From Lytechinus pictus (lineage: Eukaryota): a stretch of 64,000 bases of DNA. This document shows positions 11,674 through 25,822 of the stretch, piece after piece (the first letter of the stretch is position 1; each line of letters starts with the position of its first letter). Location: the NCBI RefSeq assembly GCF_037042905.1, contig NC_087246.1, forward strand, positions 9,612,001-9,676,000. The letters are read 5' to 3'. A model generated the notes under the pieces. That model ran no database searches. It was given only the letters and a program-made list of their open reading frames with translations, and was not told where the DNA came from. Position numbers and translations under genes: made by a program.

Positions 11674-14600
11674 TAGTCAGGCAGCATATGTCATCTACTT
11701 CGACAAATTGGCTAAGTCTGATTTTTCAACTTGGTGACAAATTTATAATGGTCATCTTGACCATGTGAGGGGTCAAAATGGGGTCAATTTTTTAAATTGC
11801 CCCGACTATGTCGACTCATACATCAAATTGCTTGTCTTATTATACTGAACAAAAAAGTGTACACATTCATCCACTCTTGACCTCCCATTAAAAAGTTATG
11901 ACCGGAAATGTCAAAAGGTCAACGAACTTTCAGTAAATGGCAAATTACACTGAAAGTGTTAAGAAAGCTCCTTTTCCGTGTTTATATGCATGTGTGTACT
12001 TTTTAATTTCGTTCATCAAGTTCATCTTCAGAAATCCTTATCCAGAAGATGTAAAGGGTCAAGACAAGGTCAGGGAAAGGTCAAAAGGTCAACAAACTTT
12101 CATTGGTAACCAAAATACACTAGAAGTTGGTTCTTAATTTTGAAAAATCTCTATCTAAGAAGACATTATCCATTAGATAAAAAGGGGTCAAATGTGCTCA
12201 CTTAGGAACAAAATACATAAACAGAGATAGACGTCGAATTCGGCATGGTATCATAGTATTGCAGGAATACCTCAAACGACTTGACAAACCCTAATGCCCT
12301 CAAAATTTAATCATCTTCATGATGTTATATGTGCAACCAGCTCTTTCCGAGTTTCCTGATTTAGGAATTCAATTCAAGATCAATTCATTTTCAATTTATT
12401 AGTCTTTGACAAGTAAAGAAACATTTCATCCATTTGCTTTGTACAGAATATTTTAATCAACAGAAATTATTGTAATGTATTTGGGCTTATGTGTAATACT
12501 ATGTTAACAGATATTGATTGATCAGTGCTCCCAGCTCCTAAGAAAGATGCCTAACATCTTATTTGGATTAACTTACGAATAAGATTATGAGGTTAGGATT
12601 GGGGATGATATAGTTTGGCTCCAATTGCTCCTTAACTCTTAACGTGCCATACACACTACTAACCCAACGCCACAGTGCTAATCCGATGCTAATCCCCTAT
12701 GCCAGCCACAAAACCCCCCTGTGCCACATTGATTTTGGGATCGCGAGTCGAATTCACTCCTTTCAATAGTCATGATTACAATTGCTTGTAACTCTCTAAC
12801 GATTAGTTTATCCACAAAATATTGTGTAGTAAAGTTGGAGGAAATTTCATACCCCTTATAATGGTGTCCTCATTATATGGATTGGTTATTATCTTTACCG
12901 GTAAATTATGAGTTGTATCAAGAAGTACCATTTTGTGGAGTGTTTTGTATGGATCAAAAAACCTAGGTCTCTTCCCTCTCGGAGGCGGAGCCATATCTTG
13001 TAAAAAATGTAGAAATACTCGAAAAAGTCGAATGAAAACCGCGTGAGTAAGTTGATCTGTCAGAAAGCAGAGTTCGCACTGCACACAATAGTGCTAATTA
13101 CGGCGTGCATGCGATGCGCAATACAATGCAAAACGGCGTAACAATGATTGTAATTCCGAATATCATGTGCGCAGTCATGCACGAAGCAGGCGAGGGTAGG
13201 AAACAATGCAAGCACAATTAAAGCAATCAATAGTAGGCGTGCGAGCACGAGTGTGGCATGTTATAGTAGGATATATAGCGTGCACGAAGCACTCAATGAG
13301 TTAATTAATTCTAATGTGTGACGGTTATATTATTTCTGACAAAGAGGCAACATCGTGCAGGCGTGCTCATTGTAGTCAGTCATGGGTGTCCATCATGCTG
13401 ATGTGATATATTCTGACCATTACTCGATCTCTGGAGCCAAGGAGCTAGACTACTCATTTCTGATTATGTGCTGCCATTAACACGGCTTGAACTATTTTAT
13501 CAAGCGTGTCTTTTTTTTCCAGAGCATACAACGTGAAACTAAACTGAATACCAGTGATGCGTATAGATGCATATTTTGTTTTTATTCTTTTGTCGTTCTT
13601 GTTTTTTCCTACTTGCTGAACTACCTGGATGTTGCTAAAAAGAATACTCACATGTGTCACTAAAGTGATTAAAGTAAACCACGACCATACCGCAGTGGGG
13701 GGGGGGGGGGGATAGCTGCCCCCAGAAATTGTGAAGACTTGCATTTTTACTGAAAAATAAATATATATAATCGACCAAAAGAATGTACGAAATCCTTATA
13801 AATTTCACTTTACAAAATGCAAAAGGGCCCCAATGATCAGCTCAGAACAGCACATATGCACCAGAATTGTGTAATCCTTCTTGGCTTCAGAGATCAAGTA
13901 AAGGTCAGAATATATCATAACAGCATAATGGACACGCATGACTACAATGAGCATGCCTGCACGATGTTGCCTCTTTGACAGAAATAATATAACTGTCGCA
14001 CATTAGAATTATAATTGAGGAGCAATTGGAGCCCAACTTATCATCCTCAATCCTAACCTCAATATCTTATTCGCAAGTTTATCCAAATGAAATGTTAGGC
14101 ATCTTTCTTAGGAGCTGGAGCACTGATCAATCGATGTGTTTATTCTGTTAACATAGTACCGGTATTATACTTATACCCCAATACATTACAATAATTTCTG
14201 CTAATTAAAATAATCTGTACAAAGCAAATGAAGGAAATACTTCTTTACATATTAAAGACTAGTAAATTGAAAATGAATTGAACTTGAATTGAATTCCTAA
14301 ATTAAAAAAAAACTTGGAAAGAGCTGGTTGCACTTATCACATCATGAAGATGATAGGATTTTAAGGGTATAAGGGTTTGTCAAGTCGTTCCAAGGTATTC
14401 CTGCAATACCATGATACCACACTGAATGTATTCTACGCGCGTCTATGTCTGTTTATCTATTTTGTTCCTAAATAAGCATATTTGCTGACCCCTTTATATA
14501 TGTATGTCTTCTTAGATAGAGACTTTTCAAAATAAAGAACCCACGAAAAAAAGTGTATTTTGGATTCCAATGAAAGTTTGTTGACCTTTTGACCTTTCCC

Positions 14601-15034
14601 TGACCTTGTCTTGACCCTTTACATCTTGTGGATAAGGACTAATTCTGACGATGGACGATGAAAATAAAAAAGTACACACATGTATAAAAACACGGAAATA
14701 GGGCTTTCTTAACACTTTCAGTGTAAATTGCCATTTACCATTTTAATTGTTTGTTGACCTTTTGACATTTCCGGTCATAACTTTTTAACGGGAGGTCAAG
14801 AGTATATGGTTGTGTACACTTTCTTGTTCAGTATAACAAGACAAACAATTTGATCTGTCACTCGGCAGAATTGGGGCAATTTAAAAAATTGACCCCTCAC
14901 ATGGTCAAGATGACCATTAGAAATTTGTCACCAAGTTGAAAGTTGTTCCTTGTGATGTCACCAATCACATAAAAGTGAAAAATCACACTTTCGAAGTAGC
15001 CGGTAAATCATGACATTATGCTGTTCCTGGATGA
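11674..15034. mobile_element. Diverged long-arm foldback element (TAGT terminus, possibly Academ-like)
   Basis: ~11680-12635 plus 13301-13430 is the reverse complement of ~13890-15025, with many substitutions. No clean TSD. Confidence 0.75.
12636..13300. mobile_element. TTAA-flanked piggyBac-like non-autonomous insertion
   Basis: TTAA at 12632-12635 and 13301-13304. Imperfect ctc..gtgc TIRs. Segment is absent from the opposite arm of the host foldback. Confidence 0.7.
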
Positions 15035-15133
15035 TCTTGAGTGCCTTCAGGCTTCAGCTTCTCCGAGACCGATTCCTATTGAACGTTGGGAGGGGATGCC
15101 GCGGAGCCAGACGTCTCTCAGTCTCAGCTGAGC

Positions 15134-15578
15134 TAGACCAAAAGCTTCAGTCTCTGTTATGTTGGTCGTTCAGCTGAACTCCGTTGGCTTCACTCACCAA
15201 ATACAGAGACCGAAGTTCTAGCGCGATCTGTACAGGGGACTCACTGGCCATATGTTTATGTACTTAAGAGCGGATAAAACGGGGAAGTGAATTTGCGCGA
15301 CAGCCGAGGTAAGTCACTGTTTTTGTTCCTTTTAACTTGATTTTTCTCTGTTTTTTGGCAATTAATGCCAAGAGGGAATATTAATTTGCATTTTGGTCGC
15401 GTTAATTTTCAAAAATTTTATTCATTAAAGACAAAAATTGAAGAGCCCCGACGGGGGGATTTTGCATTGCAAGTCCCATGGTGGCTGCACGCTAGCGAGC
15501 CGTCTGTGTACGAGGAGAAATAAAAAAAATAAAAAAATGTTTAAAAACTCCTCGAAACAGACGGCTGCCAGCTGTCTC
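15134..15578 (+). mobile_element. ~445-bp TAGAC...GTCT repeat with 3' hairpin (copy 2), 8-bp TSD
   Basis: agctgagc is duplicated at 15126-15133 and 15579-15586. Homologous to 6328-6748. Confidence 0.8.
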
Positions 15579-17099
15579 AGCTGAGCAGGCTCAAGTCACA
15601 GATTAAATGGAATTAGTAATTTAGATTATTTAGTTAGGATTGGAAAATGTCTTACGTAGATCTACCAATCTGCTGTTAGTCATCCAAACTAGAGTACTAG
15701 ACCCACCCATCCCGATCATTTTGATTAAAAATACTCACAAAACTACCGGTACGTCGTAAGCAAGTGCCCTGTACTACCTCACGCAAAATTAGCTGGCTGA
15801 GTGAATACCGCATGCTCTACACATACACAGTACGTAATTATGTACTCCAAGCAAGTACATATATTATTGACATTTTCGTATTACAAATAATAAAACACAA
15901 AGGAAATGTTAAGTGCAGTGGGCGTGAGTGGGTGACGTCATCTCAATTCGCTATTTACATATCGATGAGGATGTGCAGGACAGTTATGTGAAATAAGGTG
16001 TTATGCTTGTTGGATCTTTCTACATTATTTATTCCAATCAATGTTAAATTTGTTGGGGTGCACGACTTGCTCTTCAAAAGTTGCGAAGAAATTTTGGACT
16101 TCAATCAATATGATTCCTTTTTTGATGAATTTCGACACAACATAACTGATATATTATCCCTTTTCATTCCCCTTTCTGTTATGTCGTTTGTGGAATTTCT
16201 ACTTTTTATGGAGTTTGATAATACCATACATCGTTTTATCTACTTTAATTCTTTCTCTATACAATCAAAATATTTAGTGTAAAAATTTATTATAATCCTT
16301 TTTTTTGTACACCTTTATTTCCCTCTCCTCTTTTGGTGTTTATCTTATTAACTCCTTTATACACCTCCCCCATCTCTCTCTCTCTCTCTCTCTTTGCCGT
16401 CTCAACAACTTTTCTCCCTTGTACTTTATAAACCCTTAATTTCTCCTCATTTCATTATTCCTATCTTATATTTCCTTTTCATTAATGTCTTTTTCATTCT
16501 ATATATAAATTCATATATATGTTCACTCGTTCGTTCTATTGCTAATTTCTCCCTGTATTCCCTTCTTTTTCTTTCCATAATGTAGATTTAGATGTGTGGT
16601 CTTATTCAATGTATTTAAAATATCTATACATTTATCGTATCCTAATTGGGGACCTTGTCTTGACAATTAAGCCTAGCTCCTTAAGGTAGTCCTCTTTCTT
16701 TCAAAATGAAAAATTTTGTGTACTTTTGTCTCCGGAATCCTACTTTGTGATGTAAATGATATCTGATTTATGTAACAATTAACCTCAATGCCCGGCCTCA
16801 ATGTATGTTTAGCGTTTACAATCTATTTTTATCTTATTTTTTTAACTATCATGTATGAATGTTTTGTGAAATTAAAGGAAGAAATAAATAAACTATGAAC
16901 AATTTGCCACTTTTGTATCCATCCCCTCTTCCTTAATTGGACCGTTTCATTAAGTTGTTATAAAAGTGAGATCGATACCAAGCACTGACCTTAAAAAAGT
17001 GGAGCGCCTCTGGCAGTCTCGCCTACATTACGCGATTCATATAGCAGCAGTGCGGGCTTTGAAAACGACATTACGCGCTCTCAAGGTTTGGGCAAAAAT

Positions 17100-18293
17100 C
17101 AGTGGCGCAACAGGCGGGGGGGGGGGGGGGAGTGGGGCAAGCTGCCTCCCTGGCGGATTTCACAGGGAAAATAAAAAAAGGGAAAAGGAGAAAATGGAGG
17201 GAGAAAGAAAGGGAAAGGAAAAGTGAAAAGAAAACGAAGAAAATTTATTTTTAAAAATGGAAAAGGAAGGAAAGCGGGAAAAGAAACGAAAGAATAACAT
17301 TTGATAAAGAACTAAAAGATGACAAATTGGCAAACAATAGCGGGAAATGAGGGTAGAATATGGAATTAGCCAAAAGCTGAATTGGAAAACGAAGAAAGGG
17401 GACAGAAAAATAACACTTAACACGACTGGGCCACCGAGGATTGAAAATAAAGAGCGGGAAGAAAGATGGACTGCATACAACATTGTGCTATGAGCTTGCT
17501 AAATTTCATGCACATAAGCAATTTTCCCACGTACATTGCTATGTTGTGCCCTCAAAATTTCTGGTTCATTTCGCAACTGGGTTGAATATGAGTCGTGTAA
17601 AAGCTATATTCTGAATATACCCGCGATTTGATTAGAAATAGCGGCAGTCTTTGTCTTTAATATCAAGAGGTTCCGGTGGCTCCGCCCCGGACCCCAACCG
17701 CATAGCACTGCCGTAGGCCTATATGATAATGGAAGGGTTGGGCCATATGGCCCCCAAAAGTTCTACAACTAAGAACAACAAAAAAAGAGGAAAGAAAAGC
17801 AAAGGAAATGTGTAAGATATGATTTTATTTACTGAATATGTCAAAAAATATCTCAACGTTATATAGATTCTCATGAAAAGTTGATTTTTTTCCCCTCACT
17901 TATATAAGTTCTATAAGCAGCTTTTTAGTACATGCACCATACTGTGCCCCTCGATTTTGTTTTACTCTTCACGCTACTGCCACAAAGAATCCTGTTCACA
18001 ATGGCGTACAGACAAAAAAAGGGAATGGAAAGAGAGCAGCCGGGAGTAAAGGGTGAAATATGTTTTTCTCTGGATTTCATGTCAAAATCTATCACAAAAT
18101 TGGATTTTTGAAATAAAAATGTCAAAAATTTTGCTCGCTCGCAACTTTTTTTTTTTCTCGATACGCAATCGATATCTGGCCCTCTCAAAATTGTCACTCA
18201 TTACACCTGTTCATACCGTGATATGACCGGGAAATTTTTGGCTCTTGCCCCCCCCCCCCCCCCCCCCACCCACCGACCCCTGTTACGTCCCTG
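17100..18293. mobile_element. hAT-like MITE (CAG...CTG ends, 8-bp TSD)
   Basis: cagtggcgcaacagg / cctgttacgtccctg. TSD gcaaaaat (17092-17099) vs gcaaaact (18294-18301). Confidence 0.7.
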
Positions 18294-18449
18294 GCAAAAC
18301 TGAAAGCCAAATTTCTAACCATCACTGCATGGGCAACATATACTGTTCACACAACTATTAATTTTGGTTAAAATCTGACCAAATAGGGTATAAAAACTAA
18401 ATTGGGTAATAAATTTGCTCAATTGGATAATAATTGCCCAGAGTATATA

Positions 18450-20490
18450 CAGTTTTGCTCAGAAGTATATATACCCCATGGAAAATGCGTTTTTAAGAAA
18501 AATAAGAGTAGAAATGGAGTCAGTTATAAATCAGTCAAATACATTTAGGTATCATGTACAAAAGCATGCCATTTTTATTTTCACCTCATTTGCATATCAA
18601 AAGAATAGATAACTTTGCTGGAACTTCTGATGTCCATAAGTATTCATACCCCTGTCATGAACCACAAGTTAATAATCAATTGAATAGTCTATTCGCAATG
18701 ACTGCCTTCAGACGTCTCCTATAGTTGGTTACTAAGTTCTTGCATGTCTCAACAGGGATTTCGGCCAATTCCTCCATTGCACTCCTCTCCAAGTCCTTCA
18801 GGTTGCTGGGTTTCCTTGCGTTGACCTTCACCTTGAGCTCTTTCCAAAGGTTTTCGATTGGGTTCAAGTCAGGACTTTGGCTCGGCCATTCCGGTACGTT
18901 GACTGCATTCTCCTGAAACCATGTTTTGACCTTCTTGGCAGTGTGCTTTTGATCGATGTCCTGTTGAAAGATCCAATTGGGGCCAAGTTAAAGTGCTTCA
19001 GCAGACTCTTTCATGTTCTCTTGCAGGATTTCGAGGTATTGCTCCTTCTTCATGATGCCATTGACCTATCAAAAGAAAGAAAGATTTTTTAATTTTATTT
19101 CAAAATGGCTTATAAACCTCCAAAGACACTAGGCAAAACATCCATAGGGGCATTTCAATGTAGAACTAAGCATACAAGGTAATTGGCATGTGAGTTAGTA
19201 TTACCAGCTCAATGTCGTAATTTACCTAAAATGAGAATTTCCAATTCATTTGACTCCAATTTTGGTGTAAGTTAAATTCAAAGATAAGAAAATCTGTATT
19301 ATTCTTATTCAATAAAATCATTTCACTACTTGTAAAAAAAGAAAAGAATTGATGCATTGATAATGTTGTAAACTCACCTTAACAAGATTCCCTGTCCCAC
19401 TTCCTGAAAAACAGCCCCAAAGCATTATGCTCCCTCCACCATGTTTTACTGTGGGCACTGTGTTCATTGGGTTAAAGGCTTCCCCTTTCTTCCTCCAGAC
19501 GTAGGCGACATCTCTGTGTCCGAACAGCTCCATCTCCATTTCATCAGACCAAAGAACAGACCTCCAAAAAGTTTCATCCTTTCCCAGATGTCTTCTAGCA
19601 AAGTCCAAACGTGATCTTGTGTGGTTGGGTTTTAGGAGTGGAGTCTTCCGTGGCCATCGTCCATTCAATCCTGCCTTATTCAAGGTCCTCTGAATGGTTT
19701 GCCTAGAGATCTTGGTCCCTTGAGATCTTTCTGCATATCCTTTGTGGTGATTCTGGGGTTGAGAGCAGCAGCTCGAACTAAACATCTCACTTGCTTTGCC
19801 GAGACTTTGGGCTTCCGTCTGGGTCTTTTAAGGTTCTCCACTTTGTTGAAAATCTTGAACTTTCTGATGATGCTCTGGACAGTAGCCACATGAACCTCAA
19901 AACGCTTGGATATTGCCTTGTAGCCCAAACCATCTTTGTGAGCATTCACTATTCGCGATCTCAGGTCGTCACTAAGTTCCTTTCGCTTGACCATGATGAA
20001 GTTTAAGCCGATTCCGATGAACTGACAAAGATCTTGCCACTGATTCTCAATTTATAGAACCACTGATGTTTCTGGAATTCAAAGACTATGATTTTCTCAA
20101 CAAAATTTCATTTCAAAAAGGCGAAATCTCCCCCGCCCCCTCCCCCAATCTTGAAATGAATTATTCCTGGATACCATGCAACATGGCTCAAATTCTTTTG
20201 TATTCATGCCTGACATTATAAGGTCCAGCTTGAAACCATTTGGGGGTAGTAAAATATTGTGTTTTACTCGAGGACAGGGGTTTGAATACTTTTGAACATC
20301 ATAAAATTCAGAAAAGTCATCTTCTCTATTATTATGCAAATGAGATGAAAATACAATCAGCATGCTTTTTTAGATAATGTCTAGTAGTATTTAACTACTA
20401 TGCAAGTTATCCTAGTTCAGCTTTCATTTTTATGAAAAATGCAAAAAACACATATTTTCTTAGGGGTATGAATACTTCCGAGCACAACTG
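18450..20490 (-). mobile_element. Tc1/mariner element of IR/DR type
   Basis: TA TSDs. Outer repeats cagtt(t/g)tgctc(a/g)gaagtat..atacccc. Inner direct repeats aagtattcatacccctgtc (~18638) and gacaggggtttgaatactt (~20273). Confidence 0.93.
18676..19994 (-). pseudogene. Tc1 DD34E transposase pseudogene, two exons (19994-19378, 19065-18676)
   Basis: Paired-like HTH N-terminus, WSDE, TVKHGGGSIMLWGCF, FQQD-x34-E with WPSQSPDLNPIE. Frameshift near 19720, TAA at 18990-18988, GT-AG intron 19377-19066. Confidence 0.92.
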
Positions 20491-20786
20491 TACATTGTTT
20501 TTATCAACATACATTACCCAACACAGTGGAAAGTATATATGTTGCCCAACATTTTAAGTGTGTATATAGGATCTTAGGCCTAATCATTCACACACAAAAA
20601 ACACCATTCGTATGATGATAAAATCAATGTTCATTGACCCTAAATGACATTTAGCCTTGATCGTGTGACCAAAGACCTGTGCAAGACGATCGGTGATACT
20701 TGATTACCCTTGTGTCTACGTACATTCCATGAACTATCCATAAACTTTCAAAGTTATGATGGCAATTCAACAAATACCCCTACCAC

Positions 20787-23700
20787 TATGAGGCGCCGAA
20801 TGTACCAATATTATATAGAACAATTATTTGTTATATAATCATTATTTATTAAATAATAACTATTATTTATATATAATTTACATTTTATTTGTAAATAACT
20901 ACTATTATATAAAATATCATTTCTAATTATTTATATATAATTCCAAGTAATACTTCATTATTTGTAAATAATAATAGTTCGACATTCCATTATTTATAAA
21001 TAATGATTATTTGTTTTTCATTATTTATAAATAATGATTATTTGTTTTTCATTATTTACAAATAATGATTATTTGTTTTTCATTATTTATAAATAATGAT
21101 TATTTGTTTTTCATTATTTATAAATAATGATAATTGGTTTTTCATTATTTATAAATAATGATTATTTGTTTTTCATTATTTACAAATAATGATTATTTGT
21201 TTTTCATTATTTATAAATAATGATTATTTGTTTTTCATTATTTATAAATAATTTGTTGAGTTTTCCATTATTTATAAATAATTTGTTGAGTTTTCCATTA
21301 TTTATAAATAATGATTATTTGTTAAATAATGAAAACGTCTACTTCATTATTTATAAATAATTTTTTCGAGTGCACCATTATTCTCATTATTTATAAATAA
21401 TCATTATTTAATGTTCGAGTTTTCCATTATTTATAAATAAAGATTATTTGTTAAATAATGAAATATCTACTTCATTATTTATAAATAATAATTTTGTTTC
21501 AATATCCCATTAATCATTATTTATAAACAATTTTTACAGTTTGCCATTATATACAAATAATCATTATTTATATACAAATAACCATTATTTATTAAATAAT
21601 GCCATTATTTATTAAATAATGCCATTATTTATTAAATAATGCCATTATTTATTAAATAATGGAAAACTCGCTATAACATGCAAATGTGGGACCGCCCATG
21701 ATATGAATATTCATGATGCGATTTCCTTTTTCGTGATTTTTCTTCACAAATTTTTGTCCATTTCCTCTTCATAATGACATTTCTTGAAGCAATTTTCTAG
21801 GGATATGGTCTGATTGTAATATTCTTCATTTTCTATATAACTTCGTCTTCGTAGAAATATCAAAAAGTGTAATTTTATACGATTTTTCCTACAGTTCACA
21901 ATCCCCATAGGCGCGCGTGTACGGTAGGGACAACCGGTGAATCGAAGGAGTGCTCTTCATCGAAATACTACGTTGGTTGGTCCCCGGAAGTGGCGGGCGG
22001 AATTTAGCCCGAATCCTCGATGGAAGTCGATCAAGTGCATATGAGCTGAGAGAGTGAAATATCAGTGTACTAGCTTGTACAGGCCCTTCTACTTTTTATA
22101 AATATTTCTTGTTGCTTTTTTTGTTAAGTTAATTTTTCCTGGTGTAGAGATAAGTTTCAGTTCTAATAATGCACTTCAAATACATTTTGGAGTGTCTGTT
22201 TGAGGCGTTTGGGGCGATTTCACCCTGGCCCCAAAATGCTCGCAACGACAATACGGGGGCATGATGACCCCTAAATTTTTAAAAACTTATTTTTCTATTG
22301 AAAATTATCACAAAATTCACCAAAAGTGTGCACGAAAGCCTTCGTATTTCACTTTTAAAACTCCAAAAAGTGCCCAAATGACAAGCTTGGTCGCTTCGCT
22401 GTGTCGTTTTCAACTTGAGAAAGTTTACGCGTCTGCTTCCCCCCCCCCCTCCTCCGAAAGAAATTATGTATACGGCCATGCTCTAAAGAGCCTGGCACAT
22501 TGATTTATGTATACTTCATTTTCATTATTTTTATCTCATTATCATCATGGCCTTACGCATAATTTTTTCCGGGGGGGGGGGGGTGGGGGGAGCAGGACGC
22601 GCGTAAACTTTCTCATAAAAATCTTGAAAAAGCGAAGCGACCAAGCTTGTCATTTGAGCTTGGTCGCGTCGCTGTCTCGCTTTCAAGATTTTTTTGAGAA
22701 ACTTTACGCGCGTCCTAGCTGCTCCCCCCCCCCCCCCCCCCCCCCCCCGGTAAAAATTCTGTGTAAGGCCATGATGATAATGTGATAAAAATAATGAAAA
22801 TGAAAAGTACATATAAATCAATGTGCCATATGCTCTTTTGAGCATGGCCGTTCACAGAATTTATTTCGGGGGGTGGGGGCAGACGCGCGTAAACGTTCTC
22901 AAGTTGAAAGCGAGACAGCGAAGCGACCATGCAAGCTTGTCATTTGGGCTTGGTCCCGTGGCTGTCTTGCTTTCAAGATTTTTTTGAGAAAGTTTACGCG
23001 CGTCATGCTCCGGCCCCGGCCCCCCTGGAAAAAATTCTGCGTAAGGCCATGTTGATAATGAGATAAAAATAATGAAAATGAAAGTATACATAAATCAATG
23101 TGCCAGGCTCTTTAGAGCATGGCCGTATCCATACATAATTTCTTTCGGAGGAGGGGGGGGGAAGCAGACGCGTAAACTTTCTCAAGTTGAAAGCGACACA
23201 GCGAAGCGACCAAGCTTGTCATTTGGGCACTTTTTGGAGTTATAAAAGTGAAATACGAAGGCTTTCGTGCACACTTTTGGTGAATTTTGTGATAATTTTC
23301 AATAGAAAAATAAGTTTTTAAAAATTTAGGGGTCATCATGCCCCCGTATTGTCGTTGCGAGCATTTTGGGGCCAGGGTGAAATCGCCCCAAACGCCTCAA
23401 ACAGACACTCCAAAATGTATTTGAAGTGCATTATTAGAACTGAAACTTATCTCTACACCAGGAAAAATTAACTTAACAAAAAAAGCAACAAGAAATATTT
23501 ATAAAAAGTAGAAGGGCCTGTACAAGTACACTGATATTTCACTCTCTCAGCTCATATGCACTTGATCGACTTCCATCGAGGATTCGGGCTAAATTCCGCC
23601 CGCCACTTCCGGGGACCAACCAACGTAGTATTTCGATGAAGAGCACTCCGTCGATTCACCGGTTGTCCCTACCGTACACGCGCGCCTATGGGGATTGTGA

Positions 23701-24779
23701 ACTGTAGGAAAAATCGTATAAAATTACACTTTTTGATATTTCTACGAAGACGAAGTTATATAGAAAATGAAGAATATTACAATCAGACCATATCCCTAGA
23801 AAATTGCTTCAAGAAATGTCATTATGAAGAGGAAATGGACAAAAATTTGTGAAGAAAAATCACGAAAAAGGAAATCGCATCATGAATATTCATATCATGG
23901 GCGGTCCCACATTTGCATGTTATAGCGAGTTTTCCATTATTTAATAAATAATGGCATTATTTAATAAATAATGGCATTATTTAATAAATAATGGCATTAT
24001 TTAATAAATAATGGTTATTTGTATATAAATAATGATTATTTGTATATAATGGCAAACTGTAAAAATTGTTTATAAATAATGATTAATGGGATATTGAAAC
24101 AAAATTATTATTTATAAATAATGAAGTAGATATTTCATTATTTAACAAATAATCTTTATTTATAAATAATGGAAAACTCGAACATTAAATAATGATTATT
24201 TATAAATAATGAGAATAATGGTGCACTCGAAAAAATTATTTATAAATAATGAAGTAGACGTTTTCATTATTTAACAAATAATCATTATTTATAAATAATG
24301 GAAAACTCAACAAATTATTTATAAATAATGAAAAACAAATAATCATTATTTATAAATAATGAAAAACAAATAATCATTATTTGTAAATAATGAAAAACAA
24401 ATAATCATTATTTATAAATAATGAAAAACAAATAATCATTATTTATAAATAATGAAAAACAAATAATCATTATTTGTAAATAATGAAAAACAAATAATCA
24501 TTATTTATAAATAATGAAAAACAAATAATCATTATTTATAAATAATGAAAAACAAATAATCATTATTTATAAATAATGGAATGTCGAACTATTATTATTT
24601 ACAAATAATGAAGTATTACTTGGAATTATATATAAATAATTAGAAATGATATTTTATATAATAGTAGTTATTTACAAATAAAATGTAAATTATATATAAA
24701 TAATAGTTATTATTTAATAAATAATGATTATATAACAAATAATTGTTCTATATAATATTGGTACATTCGGCGCCTCATA
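20787..24779. mobile_element. ~4-kb near-perfect palindromic element (TATGAGGCGCC...GGCGCCTCATA)
   Basis: Arms are reverse complements over ~1.8 kb each. The ORF track shows mirror ORFs 22261(+) and 23339(-). AT-rich cattatttataaataatg arrays in both arms. Confidence 0.93.
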
Positions 24780-25617
24780 TTATACGGCCAAAGTTCATTG
24801 AACTCGGTCCTGTCACTTGAAACTCACGCAGGATGTTCACTGATGCTTGATATGTCCATGGACCATACCATGATATGTCCAAGTCTCATGAACTAGATCC
24901 ATACTTTCAGAGTTATGAAATTTACAAAACTTAACCTTGGTTGAAATTTCGTTTTGATTCCCCCTAAATAATCTACATTCCTTTGACCTTGGTCATGTGA
25001 CCTGAAATTCACAAAGATACTGGATTACTCTTTTGTTTAAGTTTCATGAACCAGATCCATAAACTTTCAAGTTATGATGGACACCAACAAATACCCCCAA
25101 CATGGCTAAAGTTCATTGACCCAAAACCGACATTTTATAATATTATGTTTCACCCTTCAATATCATGAAAATAGAAGTTATGCAAGTTTCTTTTCCGTGA
25201 TAAATGAGAGCAACAATATAGGTATTTAAGGAATGTAATAATTTCAAAATTGATACATTGCCCTTGTCTGAGATCAACCAATCATAAACTATCATACCTT
25301 TAAGTGATACTGGATTACTATTTTGTCAGGCAGAATGTTCAGTAATACTTGATTAAACTAGGTCCATATACTTCCTAAGTTATGACATTTCAAAAACTTA
25401 ACCTTTGGCTAAGATTTTGATGTCGATTCTCCCAACATGGCCTAAGTTCAATGACCCTAATTGATATTGGTCATGTGACCTCAAACTCTGACAGGATGTT
25501 CAGTAATCAACTGGATAACTATTATGTCCAAGTTTCAGGACCTAGGCCCATATACTTTCTAAGTTATGATGATATATCAAAAACTTAACCTTTGTTAAGG
25601 TTAGATTTGATGTTGAC

Positions 25618-25779
25618 CACTAGCGTACCTACGGGGGGGCACTCTGCCCCCCCTGACGAGCCACAACCCATACAAAATACATATCATTGCCCCCCCTGAC
25701 GAGCTTGAAAGACCTTTTATGCCCCCCCTGACGAGCTTGAAGACCTTTATTGCCCCCCCCCCCCTGACGAGCTTGAAGA

Positions 25780-25822
<43 letters not shown>

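Noticed and set aside
22261..23339. Mirror ORF pair MMTPKFLKTY on both strands
   Set aside because: Consequence of the palindrome; no coding signal.
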